DNA of 64,000 nucleotides from Obrimoposthia wandeli. Its lineage: Eukaryota. The position numbers and the translations under genes were made by a program. Of the stretch, positions 55,312 through 64,000 are shown one piece after another. Below the pieces are notes generated by a model, which made no database searches, was not told where the DNA came from, and worked only from the letters and a program-made list of their open reading frames with translations. The stretch's first letter is position 1, and the number at the start of each line of letters is the position of its first letter. Location: positions 1-64,000 of the forward strand of contig CDROCS010000933.1 of assembly GCA_977020255.1 (NCBI GenBank), written 5' to 3'.

Positions 55312-58122
55312 TTACGACAGTAAGGTTAAACCCGTCGGTAAGCTGTCACCAAAGATACGCTTCATTACCGTTTCATCAGACGTTTGTACTTCTTGTACTA
55401 ACGCTAACCAAGATTCCGATAATTTATTCTGCGTTAACTTTTCTATCACAGCATCCCTGACTTTATCCTGAACATCCATTTCTCTATCACCGGTCTTTCT
55501 CGCGATCATAACGGCTGCAAAGGCAATGTGCGGTTCTTTCTGCCAATTAGCCTCAAGTAATGTATTCAGCCATGTTTCCACGATATGTCGCGGGATAACA
55601 TTATGTTGGCTGCCATAAAAAGCAACACGTGATGCGATACGACCTAATGCCCACCAATGTAATTGCTGATTTTGTGGTTTGCTTAATTTAGCTAACAAGT
55701 ATTCACCAAATTCAACTTTCAGTGCCACTGGGATATGTTCTAGCGATGCTGCAAGTCGGATAATATCATCATAGCTGCGTAACTTAGCTTGGTTGATCAT
55801 TTTAGCGTGTTTGTTACTGTCTTCTACAAAGTAGATTGAAATTGTTTCGTATATTTCAATCTGTTGTTGCTCATTCAGACCACCAGCGATACGACGCCAT
55901 AAATTCCACCAATCACTCCATGACTGTGTTGATTTATTGTATTGGATCGCTGATTTAAATATCGGCCAAATCTGTTCAATACGCCAATCATCTGCAGGGT
56001 AACCAAAACCAGGGCGAAGCAAGAAACTCGTTAGCTTTAACCAATTACGTTCATGCTGTTCGGTACGGCGGCGGTTTTTAGCAAACTGTAAACAAGGTGC
56101 TACCAGTTCGCGTAATAAATCAGTATCCCAAGTATCACGTTTACCCAGACGTTTATCTAGGTCATTACGTAATGACTTAACTAACTTTGGATCACTTTTT
56201 TTACTACTTGCACCGTATACTGCTTCAATTAACTGAATTGCATCAGGCAAGTTAGGATGATGCTGTTTAATATCATTGATATTTTTGCTGTCATCATTCG
56301 ATTTTTTAGTCGCTAAACTTGGACGTACAGAGAATTCTAGTGCCCAACGTTGTTTGCTGTTGGTTTCACTCACACATTCTAACTGCAAAGTACCAATACT
56401 GCTTAGCTTGCAAGACAGGTAAACAGATTCAAAACGTTTATGGTCTTTGTGCTCAGGAATTGTAACCACGAAAGGTGGTAAAGGTGTTTTGCCTTTCAGT
56501 TGTGTTTCAAACTCTTTTTCAACGATGTCGCCAGGTTTGAAATTACTTTCATGACTGGTGGTCGCAAGATTAAAACGAATTGGCTCACCAATGGTTAACG
56601 AGAACAAACGGCTATCTAAATTGATAACTTGTTCTTCTTCTGTCCCCTTAGGTAATAGACAAATAGATTGCGATTTACCTGAGCGATCGGTTATTTCTAT
56701 GAAGTAGTTACGTGCACTACCGCCGCCAATTTGTTTTTGCTTGCCCATCTTAGCAAAACCAAATTCAACCGCGCCATAAGCAACAGACAGATCTGGATTA
56801 CCATTGTGTAACATCTGCACTTTTTGTTGCTTCCAACCAGATAACACTTTTTCGATTTGCAGTTTCACTTGTTGGCTATTAAAAATACCCCCGTTAACCA
56901 ATATTGCTGCTGGCACGACGGCAGGGTCGTAATGATCTGTCGCATCTACATCGTAATAAGTGTGGATGAATTCAGCAATGTGTTTTGAAATCGCTGGATC
57001 TGACGTATACGGTAAGCCAAATTCAACGACGGCATTTTTTCGGTGTGTTGGTAATTCGTTAAAGCCGCTGTTTGGTAAGAAACCATTAAACACCATGTCG
57101 ATGACTTCATTCTTTGTCAGTTCACATTTCTTCGATTGCGCAATCAGTTTTGAGCCACGACCTAGCAGTGTAATTGATGTTGTGCTGGGTGGTTGTTCAG
57201 ATAAAAACAGTTCTTTGGCTTGGCGTGTTTGTTGTATTAGTTGCCCTAACGCTGCAGTTTTCAAACGTTGATCAGGGGATATTCTTGATTCAACAATATG
57301 CGCTAGTGCTAAATCGATGTTATCACCACCGAGCATCAAGTGATCACCAACCGCAACACGGTTTAAATTTAATTCACCATGTGCTAATGACATTTCGATT
57401 AAACTTAAATCTGTTGTACCGCCACCTATATCACAAACAAGCATGGTTTTGTCTTGTTCGATCAAATCTGTTTTAGCCTGTTTATTACGGTGATACCAAT
57501 CGTAACAAACGGCTTGTGGTTCTTCTAATAACGTCACGTTTGTTAAGCCAACAAGATCTGCTGCAGCGAGTGTTAATGCGCGAGCCGTGTCGTTGAAAGA
57601 GGCTGGGACTGTGATGGTAATATTTTGATCGGCAAGTAGGTGATCAGGATTGTGATAATTCCAAGACGCCTGAAAGTGCGCTAGATAGCTGGCGCTGGCA
57701 ATCACTGGCGATACTTTCTGAATATTATCTTCTACAGCCCAAGGTAGGATCGCCGCTTGTGCGTCGATGCTTGGATGGGATAACCAACTTTTGGCACTGG
57801 ACACTAAGCGACCCTTGGTTTTAGTGCCTAAATCTCTTGCCCATTGGCCAACGATGACATTGGCTATCTCACCGTCAAATCGTGTTGATTGCCAAGGTAA
57901 TACACAATCCGTTGTGGCAATTTCATTGTCGTTAAAGTGATAGCGGAATGAAGGGAGTAGAGGTTTTCTTGAGACTTCGCCAGGACCAATCAATTGGTCA
58001 ACGTGAAATACAGACGCACTAGCTTGATAATCATCGATACTTTTGAAAGAAAGCACACTGTGGGTGGTGCCAAGATCGATGCCAATGACATATTGCGCTG
58101 TTTTGGAAACAGGTGAGGGCAT
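55312..58122 (-). CDS. Divergent Hsp70/DnaK-like protein with C-terminal DUF3731-like domain
   Basis: GIDLGTTHS, TVPASF, LEEPQA, DIGGGTTD, LGGDNID, NGG, PDLSVAYGA; Trp-rich C-terminal domain (FLLRPGFG, WWNLWRRIAGGL). ATG 58122 follows SD GGAG (58134 is the alternative start). Confidence 0.88.
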   Translation of the reverse strand: MPSPVSKTAQYVIGIDLGTTHSVLSFKSIDDYQASASVFHVDQLIGPGEVSRKPLLPSFRYHFNDNEIATTDCVLPWQSTRFDGEIANVIVGQWARDLGTKTKGRLVSSAKSWLSHPSIDAQAAILPWAVEDNIQKVSPVIASASYLAHFQASWNYHNPDHLLADQNITITVPASFNDTARALTLAAADLVGLTNVTLLEEPQAVCYDWYHRNKQAKTDLIEQDKTMLVCDIGGGTTDLSLIEMSLAHGELNLNRVAVGDHLMLGGDNIDLALAHIVESRISPDQRLKTAALGQLIQQTRQAKELFLSEQPPSTTSITLLGRGSKLIAQSKKCELTKNEVIDMVFNGFLPNSGFNELPTHRKNAVVEFGLPYTSDPAISKHIAEFIHTYYDVDATDHYDPAVVPAAILVNGGIFNSQQVKLQIEKVLSGWKQQKVQMLHNGNPDLSVAYGAVEFGFAKMGKQKQIGGGSARNYFIEITDRSGKSQSICLLPKGTEEEQVINLDSRLFSLTIGEPIRFNLATTSHESNFKPGDIVEKEFETQLKGKTPLPPFVVTIPEHKDHKRFESVYLSCKLSSIGTLQLECVSETNSKQRWALEFSVRPSLATKKSNDDSKNINDIKQHHPNLPDAIQLIEAVYGASSKKSDPKLVKSLRNDLDKRLGKRDTWDTDLLRELVAPCLQFAKNRRRTEQHERNWLKLTSFLLRPGFGYPADDWRIEQIWPIFKSAIQYNKSTQSWSDWWNLWRRIAGGLNEQQQIEIYETISIYFVEDSNKHAKMINQAKLRSYDDIIRLAASLEHIPVALKVEFGEYLLAKLSKPQNQQLHWWALGRIASRVAFYGSQHNVIPRHIVETWLNTLLEANWQKEPHIAFAAVMIARKTGDREMDVQDKVRDAVIEKLTQNKLSESWLALVQEVQTSDETVMKRIFGDSLPTGLTLLS

Positions 58123-58141
58123 TAAAAACTCCATATAATAA

Positions 58142-58166
58142 AACTCAGGGCTAAGTGCCCTGAGTT
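58142..58166 (-). terminator. Intra-operon hairpin/weak terminator between the two Hsp70-like genes
   Basis: Perfect 10-bp stem AACTCAGGGC-N5-GCCCTGAGTT, followed on the minus strand by TTATTAT. Confidence 0.55.
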
Positions 58167-58230
58167 AAGTACACGTGGTATAAATATATAGTATCCATAT
58201 AACGTGTGTATTGATTATGCTAAATCCTAT

Positions 58231-60054
58231 TTACTGTCTAACAGTAAGCTCGATTTCCCACGTTTCATCACTGTCGTTGGCGATAGCCTCAACTTTCAGT
58301 GTGCCCACTTCAGTCACAGTGACAGACAATGATACTGGTACGACATCACCACTATTACGGTTAGCAGAGTCAAGCGTTACTTCGATGTCTGGAAGCTGGT
58401 CAAGATCATCTGGTTGCCAGAAATCAAGGTGCGTACCCACAACATCTTCACGGCGCACTGTTGAACCGAAGAATTTAAATTTAACCGGTTGACCAACAAC
58501 GAGACCAAATTGGTAAGTTGATACGTCGTGGTTAGTGCCTTCTTCAAGACCAAATGGGGCAATACAGACTGCTTCCAGCGGTGCTTCAAAGCCAGGAATT
58601 GCTGGCATTGAGCTTTCAACACCCACGTAGTATGCGCTAGCGAGACCGCCTTTAATACGTACGCCTTTACCTTGTTTCGCATAACCGTGGTAACAAGCAC
58701 CATTGGCAACGGCAAGGTCTAGATCAATACCCGTTAATAGTTTTGCTTCTTCTTCAACGTCAGCAGTAATTAACCAGTCGTTAATAATACCGATGAGTTT
58801 AGAACTGATTGCATCAGACTTAAACACACCACCATTAAATAATACTGCGGTCGGTTTAATGAAATCACCGGCATCCGTTGCGATTGCATCGTGCTGTTTA
58901 TTCAAGAAATGCGCGATGTGTTTGGTGATTGCTGCATCTTGTGCATACGGTAAACCAATCTGTGTTAACGCCGTACGGGTACTTTGTTGCGGCATTTCTG
59001 ACACTGCAGTCGCAGGGAAGAAACCATCTAAAATAGTTTGCTTCACTTCATCGCGTGTTAGTTCTGTTTGCATTGTGCCGGCAATCAGTTTCGAACCACG
59101 GCTTGGAATAACAATTGGCATTGTATCGATATCATTATCAGATAACAGTTGCTCTTTGGCATCACGACAGGCATGGGTAATGGCTTGAATTTGCCAAGGT
59201 TGTAATTGCTTACCTTCTTGCATCAATTTCATTTTTAGACGATACGCCAGCGCAAGATCCATATTATCACCGCCAAGTAGGATGTGCTCACCTACTGCAA
59301 CGCGTGATAATGTTAAATTACCGTCTACTTCTTCAACCGAGATTAATGATAAATCGGTTGTACCACCACCTATATCAACCACAAGGATGGTATCACCCAC
59401 ATTAACTTGGTCACGCCATTCATCGCCACAGGCTTGTAACCAGCTATATACAGCGGCTTGTGGTTCTTCAAGTAGGTTTAAATGTTTAAGGTTTAGCGCT
59501 TGTGCGGCTTGCGCTGTTAAGTTACGCGCGGCCGGATCGAACGAGGCCGGAATCGTGATTGTCACATCTTGTTCTGAGATTGGTGCATCTGGGTGTGCAT
59601 AGTTCCAAGCGTCAGCTAAATGGCTTAAGTACTGACTTGTTGCCGTCACTGGTGAGATTTTTTCAACTTCATCAGGGCTTGAGAAAGGTAAGATCGAATC
59701 ATGTGGGCTGACGGTAGCATGGCTTAACCAGCTTTTAGCGCTCGACACCAAACGAATCGGTGTTTTAAGACCAAGGTTACGTGCGACATCACCAACAAGT
59801 GTCGTATTGTCTGCGTTCCAAGGTAATGGTGTTTGATCTTTACTGATCTCATCTTCGTGTGCTTGATAGACAAAAGACGGCAGTTGATATTTTTCTGTGA
59901 CAGAACCCGGTGCAGAGAGTTGCGGGATAGCAAACAGTTGCTTTGCTACTTTATCGCCTTCTTGTTCTAAATCGATATAGGATAATACGCAGTGTGTGGT
60001 ACCTAGATCGATACCAATACTGTACTTTGCCGTTGTTTCAGTTATGTCGCTCAT
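58231..60054 (-). CDS. Divergent Hsp70/DnaK-like protein (NBD + beta domain, no lid)
   Basis: GIDLGTTHC, TIPASF, LEEPQAA, DIGGGTTD, LGGDNMD, FNGG, DLAVANGA. Confidence 0.9.
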   Translation of the reverse strand: MSDITETTAKYSIGIDLGTTHCVLSYIDLEQEGDKVAKQLFAIPQLSAPGSVTEKYQLPSFVYQAHEDEISKDQTPLPWNADNTTLVGDVARNLGLKTPIRLVSSAKSWLSHATVSPHDSILPFSSPDEVEKISPVTATSQYLSHLADAWNYAHPDAPISEQDVTITIPASFDPAARNLTAQAAQALNLKHLNLLEEPQAAVYSWLQACGDEWRDQVNVGDTILVVDIGGGTTDLSLISVEEVDGNLTLSRVAVGEHILLGGDNMDLALAYRLKMKLMQEGKQLQPWQIQAITHACRDAKEQLLSDNDIDTMPIVIPSRGSKLIAGTMQTELTRDEVKQTILDGFFPATAVSEMPQQSTRTALTQIGLPYAQDAAITKHIAHFLNKQHDAIATDAGDFIKPTAVLFNGGVFKSDAISSKLIGIINDWLITADVEEEAKLLTGIDLDLAVANGACYHGYAKQGKGVRIKGGLASAYYVGVESSMPAIPGFEAPLEAVCIAPFGLEEGTNHDVSTYQFGLVVGQPVKFKFFGSTVRREDVVGTHLDFWQPDDLDQLPDIEVTLDSANRNSGDVVPVSLSVTVTEVGTLKVEAIANDSDETWEIELTVRQ

Positions 60055-60714
60055 AGTTCCACCTCTGCTGCTGCAACGATATTGGCGTTGTGGCCTTGTG
60101 CAAGTTTAGGCAAGTTAACCTTGGTTATCTTCCAGCCTGCGTGTACTAAAATACCACGGTAAGGTGCTGAACCGAGTACGTTACCAATTAGCTTAATTTC
60201 AGATGGGTTAAAACCTTCAGCAACGGTTACTTGGCTTTCTTCTTCTTCAGTGCGAATTGGCGTGAAACTAAAGTATTCATTGATTACTTTTTTGCTGCCA
60301 GTATGAATAATACGTGCTGCGGCACCAATTTGTTCGTCAGACGCGCCGGTTAAATCTTCTTGGATAAAGTCGACAAAACGTGCTTCATTTTGGAGTAATG
60401 ATAAAAGCTGACAAGCGGCAGCAGGGCTTGCTTCTTGTAGTGGGGCTTTGATTTCGACAATCTTTTCAACTTCAACGATTTTCTCAACGTCAACGTGTTT
60501 GATCACCTCTACAATTTTTTCTACTTCTACTTCTACTTTACTTCTGCTTTACTTCTAATTTCTTTTCAACAATCTTTTCTATTTCAACTGTTTTTTTACC
60601 GCCTCAACGAGCGTGAGTAGTAATAGCAGATCACGAGGAAAGTGCGAACAAGGCAATATGCGCTGCATCAGGGCCTGTCGGTAGTTCAGAGATATTTGTA
60701 AGGTCGAAGTTCAT
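60051..60714 (-). pseudogene. DUF2760-domain protein; 5' membrane-anchor part frameshifted, C-terminal domain intact (60051-60506)
   Basis: ATG 60714 gives MNFDLTNISELPTGPDAAHIALFALSS*. Hydrophobic and VEKIVE segments continue in shifted frames into LLSLLQNEARFVDFIQEDL...IGAAARIIH...LVHAGWK. ATGA overlap with the downstream Hsp70 gene. Confidence 0.78.
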
Positions 60715-61009
60715 ATATTTTACTCAAGTTTGTATAAATCAATATTACCCACGATTTTACCATAATTATTTATGTTACGGAGCATAATGTGATTTTTTAG
60801 CTTATTTAGCCTGTACTTAGGGACAAAGAATAGCCATTTTAGCGGGAATAATTAGAAACGTATTTTCAAGCTTCGTGGTTTTTTAAAATAAATAAAAAAA
60901 AGCCCAGTACAAATCCATGTAATGAGCTTAGGGAAATTGGTATAGCTGTAATATTAAATATAGTAAATTATTTACGTATATCAAATTACCGTTATATTAA
61001 TGCGTGACG

Positions 61010-62470
61010 CTATTCGGTAAATAGGTTGTTATCACGCACAAGATCACGGGGGTAGTTATTTTTTAAACGTTGATTTACGCGTTTACCTAAACCAAGCACA
61101 CTGCCTTCAAGCAGCACGACTAGCTCACCTTGCAGTGCATCTAGATCGTCGATCTCGATATCAGAGAAGCTAATATCACGACCCATGATGTATTGTTTCG
61201 CTTGTTCAATATTCAGTGACACGGTGTTTTTATCACAGTGATGACCAAAGGTACGCGCCCATTCATGTTGAGCTCGGAAGCCTTTCTTGAATTTTTCAGC
61301 AATTTTGATACCGATACGATCAAATTTGAATTTACCAATGAACGCTGGAAACTCTTTCGGGAATAACCAGATTTCACTATCGCGATGATAGAAAACGCCA
61401 CTCTCAAATTCAAAGCTAAATGCATCACGGAAATAATCACGAATGGCGTCATTTTCGTCACGGCTAACAGGGCTGAATGGGAATATTAAGCGTTTTTTCT
61501 TTTTAATAGGGCGTAAACCCTGTGATTCTTTTTTAGTGAATTTAGCAACAAAGAAACCTTCACTGTTATAAATCTGCGGCCAAACGTGTAAGTAACCTTC
61601 CGCAGTAAGACAGTTATTCGCGGTTGGGAACAAATCGTTAAGCGGAACTACTTCGGCATGGTCTGGATAGAGGTCGAGTAAATGTTGGCAAACCGCTTGG
61701 TTTTCAGTGTTGTTTAGTGTGCAAGTTGAATAGATTAACGTGCCACCGGGTTTTAACGCTTTAAATGCGCTTTCAATTAATTCTTTCTGAATGTCGGCAA
61801 TGTCATTGATACTTTTTAACGACCAATTAAGCATCGCTTTGTCATCTTTGCGGATAGCGCCTTCACCAGAACAAGGCGCGTCCAGTAATACCGCATCAAA
61901 CATTTCAGGTAACCAGGTGCCAAAAACATTCGCGTCATAGTGACTAAGGGCGATGTTTTTAATGCCACAACGTTGAATATTTGCACTGAGTACTTTTAAA
62001 CGGCTTGATGACAACTCGTTCGCAACGATGAAGTTGTTGTTATTACATAATGCTGCAATTTGGCTGGTCTTCGAACCTGGCGATGATGCGCAATCAAGAA
62101 TAGTGGCATATTGCGCGGCTACATCTGTTACTTGTGCTTTGAATAATGCTGTAACAGGCAGCATCGAACTTGCTTCTTGAATATAGAATAAGCCAGCGAT
62201 GTGTTCCCAGCTATTACCTAATTTAGTCTCAGTATTTTCTTGTTCTAACCAAAACCCTTCTAAACACCAAGGGATAGGGGTTAATAACCACTGTTTTGTT
62301 TTCGCTAACTGTTGAAATGCTTCAACAGAGATTTTAAGCGTATTAACACGAACACTGGTTTTCAATGGTGTTTTACAACAAGCAATAAAGTCATCCATAG
62401 AGAGATGTTCGGGAATAATGTTACCCATTAATGTGAGGTAATCTTCAGGCAGTTTTATATTGGAATGCAC
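61010..62470 (-). CDS. rsmF: 16S rRNA m5C1407 methyltransferase
   Basis: FYIQEASSMLP, DCASSPGSKT, LDAPCSGEG, YSTCT. Confidence 0.93.
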   Translation of the reverse strand: MHSNIKLPEDYLTLMGNIIPEHLSMDDFIACCKTPLKTSVRVNTLKISVEAFQQLAKTKQWLLTPIPWCLEGFWLEQENTETKLGNSWEHIAGLFYIQEASSMLPVTALFKAQVTDVAAQYATILDCASSPGSKTSQIAALCNNNNFIVANELSSSRLKVLSANIQRCGIKNIALSHYDANVFGTWLPEMFDAVLLDAPCSGEGAIRKDDKAMLNWSLKSINDIADIQKELIESAFKALKPGGTLIYSTCTLNNTENQAVCQHLLDLYPDHAEVVPLNDLFPTANNCLTAEGYLHVWPQIYNSEGFFVAKFTKKESQGLRPIKKKKRLIFPFSPVSRDENDAIRDYFRDAFSFEFESGVFYHRDSEIWLFPKEFPAFIGKFKFDRIGIKIAEKFKKGFRAQHEWARTFGHHCDKNTVSLNIEQAKQYIMGRDISFSDIEIDDLDALQGELVVLLEGSVLGLGKRVNQRLKNNYPRDLVRDNNLFTE

Positions 62471-62510
62471 TTTATAAGCTCAATTGAAAAATAAGAGGGT
62501 ATTTTATCAC

Positions 62511-62770
62511 ATACCCAAGTTACTTCAAGATGCTATATCAGAGACTAGCTGGGATATCAGGGCAAGGCACAATATGCAGATAATGGTTATTCCCTTGTCA
62601 AATATTGTAACGCTGTGCTGTTATTCCTGCTCGCCTCCCGTAGGGCAAGCCGAAAGAAGGTATCTTCGGCGTTATGAAGTCTTGATTTAGAATAACTAAA
62701 TCCTCGACTTCATGCCTTGAATATCCTCTCCTTTCGGTTTGCTGATTGTGCATCTTGAAGTAGCTGGGAG
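62511..62770. mobile_element. MITE/ERIC-like non-autonomous palindromic element (~260 bp)
   Basis: Terminal IRs CCCAAGTTACTTCAAGATGC(TATATCAG) and (CTGATTGT)GCATCTTGAAGTAGCTGGG; internal hairpin GAAGTC-TT-GATTTAG-AATAA-CTAAATC-CTC-GACTTC; no transposase ORF. Confidence 0.72.
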
Positions 62771-62778
62771 AAGAGGGT

Positions 62779-63999
62779 TTACTTCGCTGGTTTTTCTATT
62801 TTAGGATTCCATTTAAGCCAATCTGGATTCACCTCTTGAGCCAAATTGAATTGGGTAAAAGGTGCTGCTAATTGGCCGCTGCCATTTGAATTATTACCTG
62901 CAGCCGGTGTTGCAAACGCAATACCCCCCGCTAAAATCGTTTTTAATGATTCAGCTTTTAACGTTGCACCGGTTAGACCGATATCGACATTAAACCCAGA
63001 TACAGCCCAGAACCGACTATTATTACGGACTAAGTGTTGGTACTTAGGCTCGATGTTAAGTGTAATCAGTACTTTATCACTTTGTGCTGATAATTCTGAA
63101 TAGGTCACTGAACCGACTTCGACCTGGCGGAAGTAGACAGGGGTTCCGGGTGTTAAGCCCATTAACCGTTGGCTAACGACAGTGACAGACAAACCAACAT
63201 TCTCAGCGGCTATTTCAGGCGCACTATTAAGGACTTTAAAGCGACTGACGTGCTTGCCTTGGCCTTTAGTTACATTGATATAAGCACCTGAAATGAGTGT
63301 ATTGGCGTTTTTAATGCCATCGAGACCCACTTCAACACTTTCTAACCAGTACTGGCTACCTTGCTGCACGAAGTATTTGGCATAATCAGTTTCTAGTTTA
63401 GCCGTTGCTTCGATAAAGCCTTGTTCTACTTTTAACTTGATCGCGCTAATCTCACCAACCTTTATGCCCTTGTGCTTAATTTCGGTGCCGACATTAATGT
63501 CAGCCCCTGACGTAAAGGTTAGTGTAACTGTCGGGCGGTCATCGGTTGCAGCAGCAAAGCTACGGAACAATTTGTAATGCGTGGCTTTGGACTTAGCGAG
63601 GCTGACTTTGTTGTCATTAACAGGTTTGATGTTATCGAAGTTGATACCGCCAGCTGCAATGGTCAGTAACGATTCGGTTTGCACTTTTAAATTACTCAAG
63701 CTACCAGAGATATCAATGCCTGAAACATCCCAAAATACACTGTTACTGTTAATTAAGTGTGCATATTGGCTAAAAATATCCAAGGTGATCACAATATGTT
63801 CGTTGTCGGCAGCCAAACGGAAATCAGCCACTGAACCAACGGCGAGTTTACGGTAATAAACCGGCGCACCATTTGAAATAACGTGACTCGGTTTACTTAA
63901 CAGTGTAATCGTCTTATTCGCTTTAAACGCATTGCTGCCTAATTTTGCCAGCGCAAGAGAAGGGTAGAGTTGGTATTGTTGATGACGACTTTTTGATTT
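62779..63999 (-). CDS. Multi-MCE-domain intermembrane lipid transport protein (LetB/YebT/PqiB family), 3' part
   Basis: Repeated MCE motifs GAPVYYRKLAVGSV, GTEIKHKGIKVGEI, GTPVYFRQVEVGSV and SRFWAVSG; the frame is open to the window edge; upstream of rsmF as in yebT-rsmF synteny. Confidence 0.9.
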   Translation of the reverse strand, partial: KSKSRHQQYQLYPSLALAKLGSNAFKANKTITLLSKPSHVISNGAPVYYRKLAVGSVADFRLAADNEHIVITLDIFSQYAHLINSNSVFWDVSGIDISGSLSNLKVQTESLLTIAAGGINFDNIKPVNDNKVSLAKSKATHYKLFRSFAAATDDRPTVTLTFTSGADINVGTEIKHKGIKVGEISAIKLKVEQGFIEATAKLETDYAKYFVQQGSQYWLESVEVGLDGIKNANTLISGAYINVTKGQGKHVSRFKVLNSAPEIAAENVGLSVTVVSQRLMGLTPGTPVYFRQVEVGSVTYSELSAQSDKVLITLNIEPKYQHLVRNNSRFWAVSGFNVDIGLTGATLKAESLKTILAGGIAFATPAAGNNSNGSGQLAAPFTQFNLAQEVNPDWLKWNPKIEKPAK

Positions 64000-64000
64000 A

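Noticed and set aside
60841-60870. Possible sigma-32 promoter for the Hsp70-like operon (CTTGAAA-N16-TCCCGCT, minus strand)
   Set aside because: The -35 fits but the -10 deviates from CCCCATNT; too weak to call without TSS data.

Overview
AT-rich gammaproteobacterial chromosome segment, most consistent with Moritella (psychrophilic/piezophilic DHA producers) because of the PfaB/C/D sequences; the genus is inferred, not proven. 1-8.4 kb: end of the omega-3 PUFA synthase cluster (pfaB 3' end, pfaC, pfaD). 8.5-24 kb: a decaying accessory region. It holds an ISAs1 relic, a secreted TPR-DUF218 protein, and two paralogous orphan 3TM holins flanking an M20 peptidase, the second split by a degenerate IS3 with a GAT target duplication. 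It also holds a DUF1127-like gene, an SDR, LysR/flavin oxidoreductase/MBL gene fragments, an orphan PD-(D/E)XK-like nuclease, an AhpD-like gene, an AraC-transglutaminase pair, an integron attC-like relic and a higher-GC selO. 24-55 kb: core genes (tehB, AlaX, alaE, thrS-infC-rpmI-rplT, a 7TM-PAS-GGDEF-EAL gene, pheST-ihfA, SulP, rne with two large tandem-repeat arrays, rluC, maf, yceD-rpmF-plsX-fabD-fabG-acpP-fabF without fabH, mltG-tmk-holB-tatD). 55-61 kb: a functionally uncharacterised operon of a DUF2760 protein with GrpE-like C-terminal motifs and a frameshifted 5' end, plus two divergent Hsp70/DnaK-like proteins. This is my best candidate for an undescribed system. 61-64 kb: rsmF, a ~260 bp MITE/ERIC-like element and the 3' part of an MCE-domain gene (letB/pqiB). 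No rRNA, tRNA or CRISPR array was found. All family assignments come from motif recognition by eye; no searches were run.
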